A stretch of DNA of 59,505 bases from Bacilli bacterium. GTDB lineage: Bacteria > Bacillota_I > Bacilli_A > ML615J-28 > CAG-698. Below are positions 58,075 through 59,505 of this stretch, in pieces (positions within the stretch are counted from its first letter, which is position 1; every line of letters starts with the position of its first letter). Both the position numbers and the translations under genes were made by a program. Location of the stretch: contig JAZNJG010000189.1 in NCBI GenBank assembly GCA_045577945.1, forward strand, positions 1-59,505, written 5' to 3'. The notes below the pieces were generated by a model. That model had not been told where the DNA came from, did no database searches, and saw nothing but the letters and a program-made list of their open reading frames with translations.

Positions 58075-58625
58075 TAAAATTAAAGATAAAGAAAGACCCA
58101 CTTGTAACCGCATTAGTATGCGGGAGTACAAAGAAAACCGATGGAAGAATTCACTTTTTTGGACTTGTTGACAAGTTAAGTTCATATATTATGGAATTAA
58201 CCCATTATATTAAAGATTTATCAAGACTTGATGATGATACAAACAACTTAATAATTAATGATCTTCATAATATAGTAAATGAACTTTCAAAAATTATGGG
58301 TATTGTAGCTGGTAGTAAAGCAGCATTTTCTGATGATAATGTTCTTTATGTAATTAACTTAATAAATAAATATAAATCTTCCGAAGAAAAACTATCTAAA
58401 TTTGTTCTTCCTGGAAATAACTTATTAAGTGCAAAAACACATATTGTTAGAACAATAACTAGAGAATGTGAATTGCAATTTGCAAATATATATGAAACAT
58501 TAAATTTTAAAGACTTGAAAGAACAAAAAACAGATAATAATATCGATAATAGATTTGATTATATATTTGAATATTTAAACAAGTTATCATTATATTTTTT
58601 CGAATTAGCTTTAACTTTTGAATAA
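58071..58625 (+). CDS. PduO-type cob(I)alamin adenosyltransferase homologue (degenerate motifs)
   Basis: D.RI..FG.VD, FVLPG, H.VRT..RE.E and YLN.LS pattern; ATGA overlap with the upstream gene. Confidence 0.72.
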   Translation: MIKLKIKKDPLVTALVCGSTKKTDGRIHFFGLVDKLSSYIMELTHYIKDLSRLDDDTNNLIINDLHNIVNELSKIMGIVAGSKAAFSDDNVLYVINLINKYKSSEEKLSKFVLPGNNLLSAKTHIVRTITRECELQFANIYETLNFKDLKEQKTDNNIDNRFDYIFEYLNKLSLYFFELALTFE

Positions 58626-58686
58626 AAAATGATATAATACTATAAAAGTAAATTTTGATGTTAAGAGTACTAATGGAGGTAAAGAT

Positions 58687-59415
58687 ATGCATAACAAAAT
58701 ATTAAAAACAAGTATATATTTAGTAATTATATTATTCACATGTTTATTTGTTGGATGTGAAGATGAATGTGAACATTTTTTTGATGAATGGCACGTGAGT
58801 GTAGAAGCTAAATGTGAAATAAAAGGCTTAGAAAAAAGAGTTTGTTTATATTGCTCTTATGAAGAAACAAGAGAAATAGAAGCGCTAGAACATAAAAAAA
58901 TAAAAGTAGAAGGATTTCCATCAACATGTTTACAACCAGGTTTAACAGATGGTGTTTCTTGTGAAAAATGTGATAAAGTGTTTGAAAAACAAGAAGTTAT
59001 TCCTGTTCTTTCACATGATACTGATGGTGTATCATGGGAAATAGATTATTATCCGGATTTCTCAGAAGAAGGAAGAAAATCAATTAAATGTAAAGTATGT
59101 GGCGAACGAGTACAAACTGAAAGCATTCCTAAATTATATTATACTCCTGGATTAATTTATGAATTAAATGAAAATAAAGATGGATATATTATAACTGGCA
59201 AAGTAACTAAATCTACAATAAAAGTAGTTATTTATGCAAATGTCCAAGGATTGCCAGTAGTAGAAATAACTGCTGATTTTAGTGAAAGTGTTCCGGAAGA
59301 AGTATATTTTGAAGGAACTAAAGAAGCTTGGAATAAAATTATAATGAAGAATGATAATAATCATCCAGAAATGAATGCTATTAAATTCTTCATCAATGGT
59401 TCAGAAGTACTATAA
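58687..59415 (+). CDS. Lipoprotein with Cys-rich repeats and BspA/LRR_5-type cap motifs
   Basis: Lipobox LFVGC; three CxxC repeats (e.g. PSTCLQPG...CEKC); GLIYEL...GLPVVEI; VYFEGTKEAWNKI. Confidence 0.75.
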   Translation: MHNKILKTSIYLVIILFTCLFVGCEDECEHFFDEWHVSVEAKCEIKGLEKRVCLYCSYEETREIEALEHKKIKVEGFPSTCLQPGLTDGVSCEKCDKVFEKQEVIPVLSHDTDGVSWEIDYYPDFSEEGRKSIKCKVCGERVQTESIPKLYYTPGLIYELNENKDGYIITGKVTKSTIKVVIYANVQGLPVVEITADFSESVPEEVYFEGTKEAWNKIIMKNDNNHPEMNAIKFFINGSEVL

Positions 59416-59437
59416 AAAATTAATAAATATGATCATT

Positions 59438-59474
59438 AAAAAAGTCTAGATTTGTCTAGGCTTTTTATTTTTTT
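59438..59474 (+). terminator. Intrinsic terminator
   Basis: aaaagtctaga-tttg-tctaggctttt followed by T tail. Confidence 0.78.
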
Positions 59475-59505
59475 GGTTGATAATTAATAGTAATATTTAT
59501 ACATA

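Noticed and set aside
275-59364. Short overlapping ORFs in the track (e.g. 275..499, 1838..2182, 8814..9101, 25765..26004, 38894..39094, 53234..53536, 57049..57423, 59164..59364)
   Set aside because: They are antisense or off-frame shadows of well-supported genes, with no recognisable motifs.
1-59505. Genetic code 4 (TGA=Trp) as in Mycoplasmatales
   Set aside because: Long genes translate fully in code 11, Trp is TGG, and TGA terminates genes at 24998, 54326 and 58074.
1-59505. CRISPR array, IS/transposase, integron, diversity-generating retroelement, tRNA/rRNA
   Set aside because: I saw no spaced repeats, transposase, integrase or reverse transcriptase, no adenine-variable repeat pair and no structural RNA signature. 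This was a by-eye scan only.

Overview
AT-rich chromosomal window (roughly 25-30% GC by eye, not computed) from a low-GC Bacillota using genetic code 11 (TGA serves as stop, Trp is TGG). Gene order and protein features suggest a Mollicutes-adjacent Bacilli lineage (Acholeplasmatales/Izemoplasmatales/RF39-like); this is inference. The core content is a complete S10-spc-alpha ribosomal superoperon (rpsJ..rplQ) with a consensus sigmaA promoter and S10 leader RNA, T-box-controlled pheST, yebC, ispH and an RNA-modification/housekeeping operon. The most notable accessory content: (1) long Ig-stalked surface proteins tipped with intact Zn-amidase (Amidase_2, three paralogues; two with a visible lipobox, one 5'-truncated) or C39-like Cys-peptidase domains, plus a signal-less twin of the peptidase, forming a candidate surface-tethered peptidoglycan-harvesting system; (2) a small sporulation-type islet including a 41-aa YjcZ-like gene missed by the ORF track; (3) a tandem pair of paralogous lipoproteins with an unrecognised Gly-rich domain between rplQ and pheS; (4) a citDEF-citC-citXG plus split class I hydratase plus degenerate PduO operon that looks more like a mesaconase/citramalate-lyase module than citrate fermentation; (5) an OlsB-like acyltransferase, a signal-less GH9, an HcpR-like regulator with a palindromic site, a BspA-like lipoprotein lacking its LRRs, and an unusual substitution in a conserved uL2 motif. 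No rRNA, tRNA, CRISPR array, IS element or prophage was seen. All family assignments come from motif recognition by eye, with no database searches.
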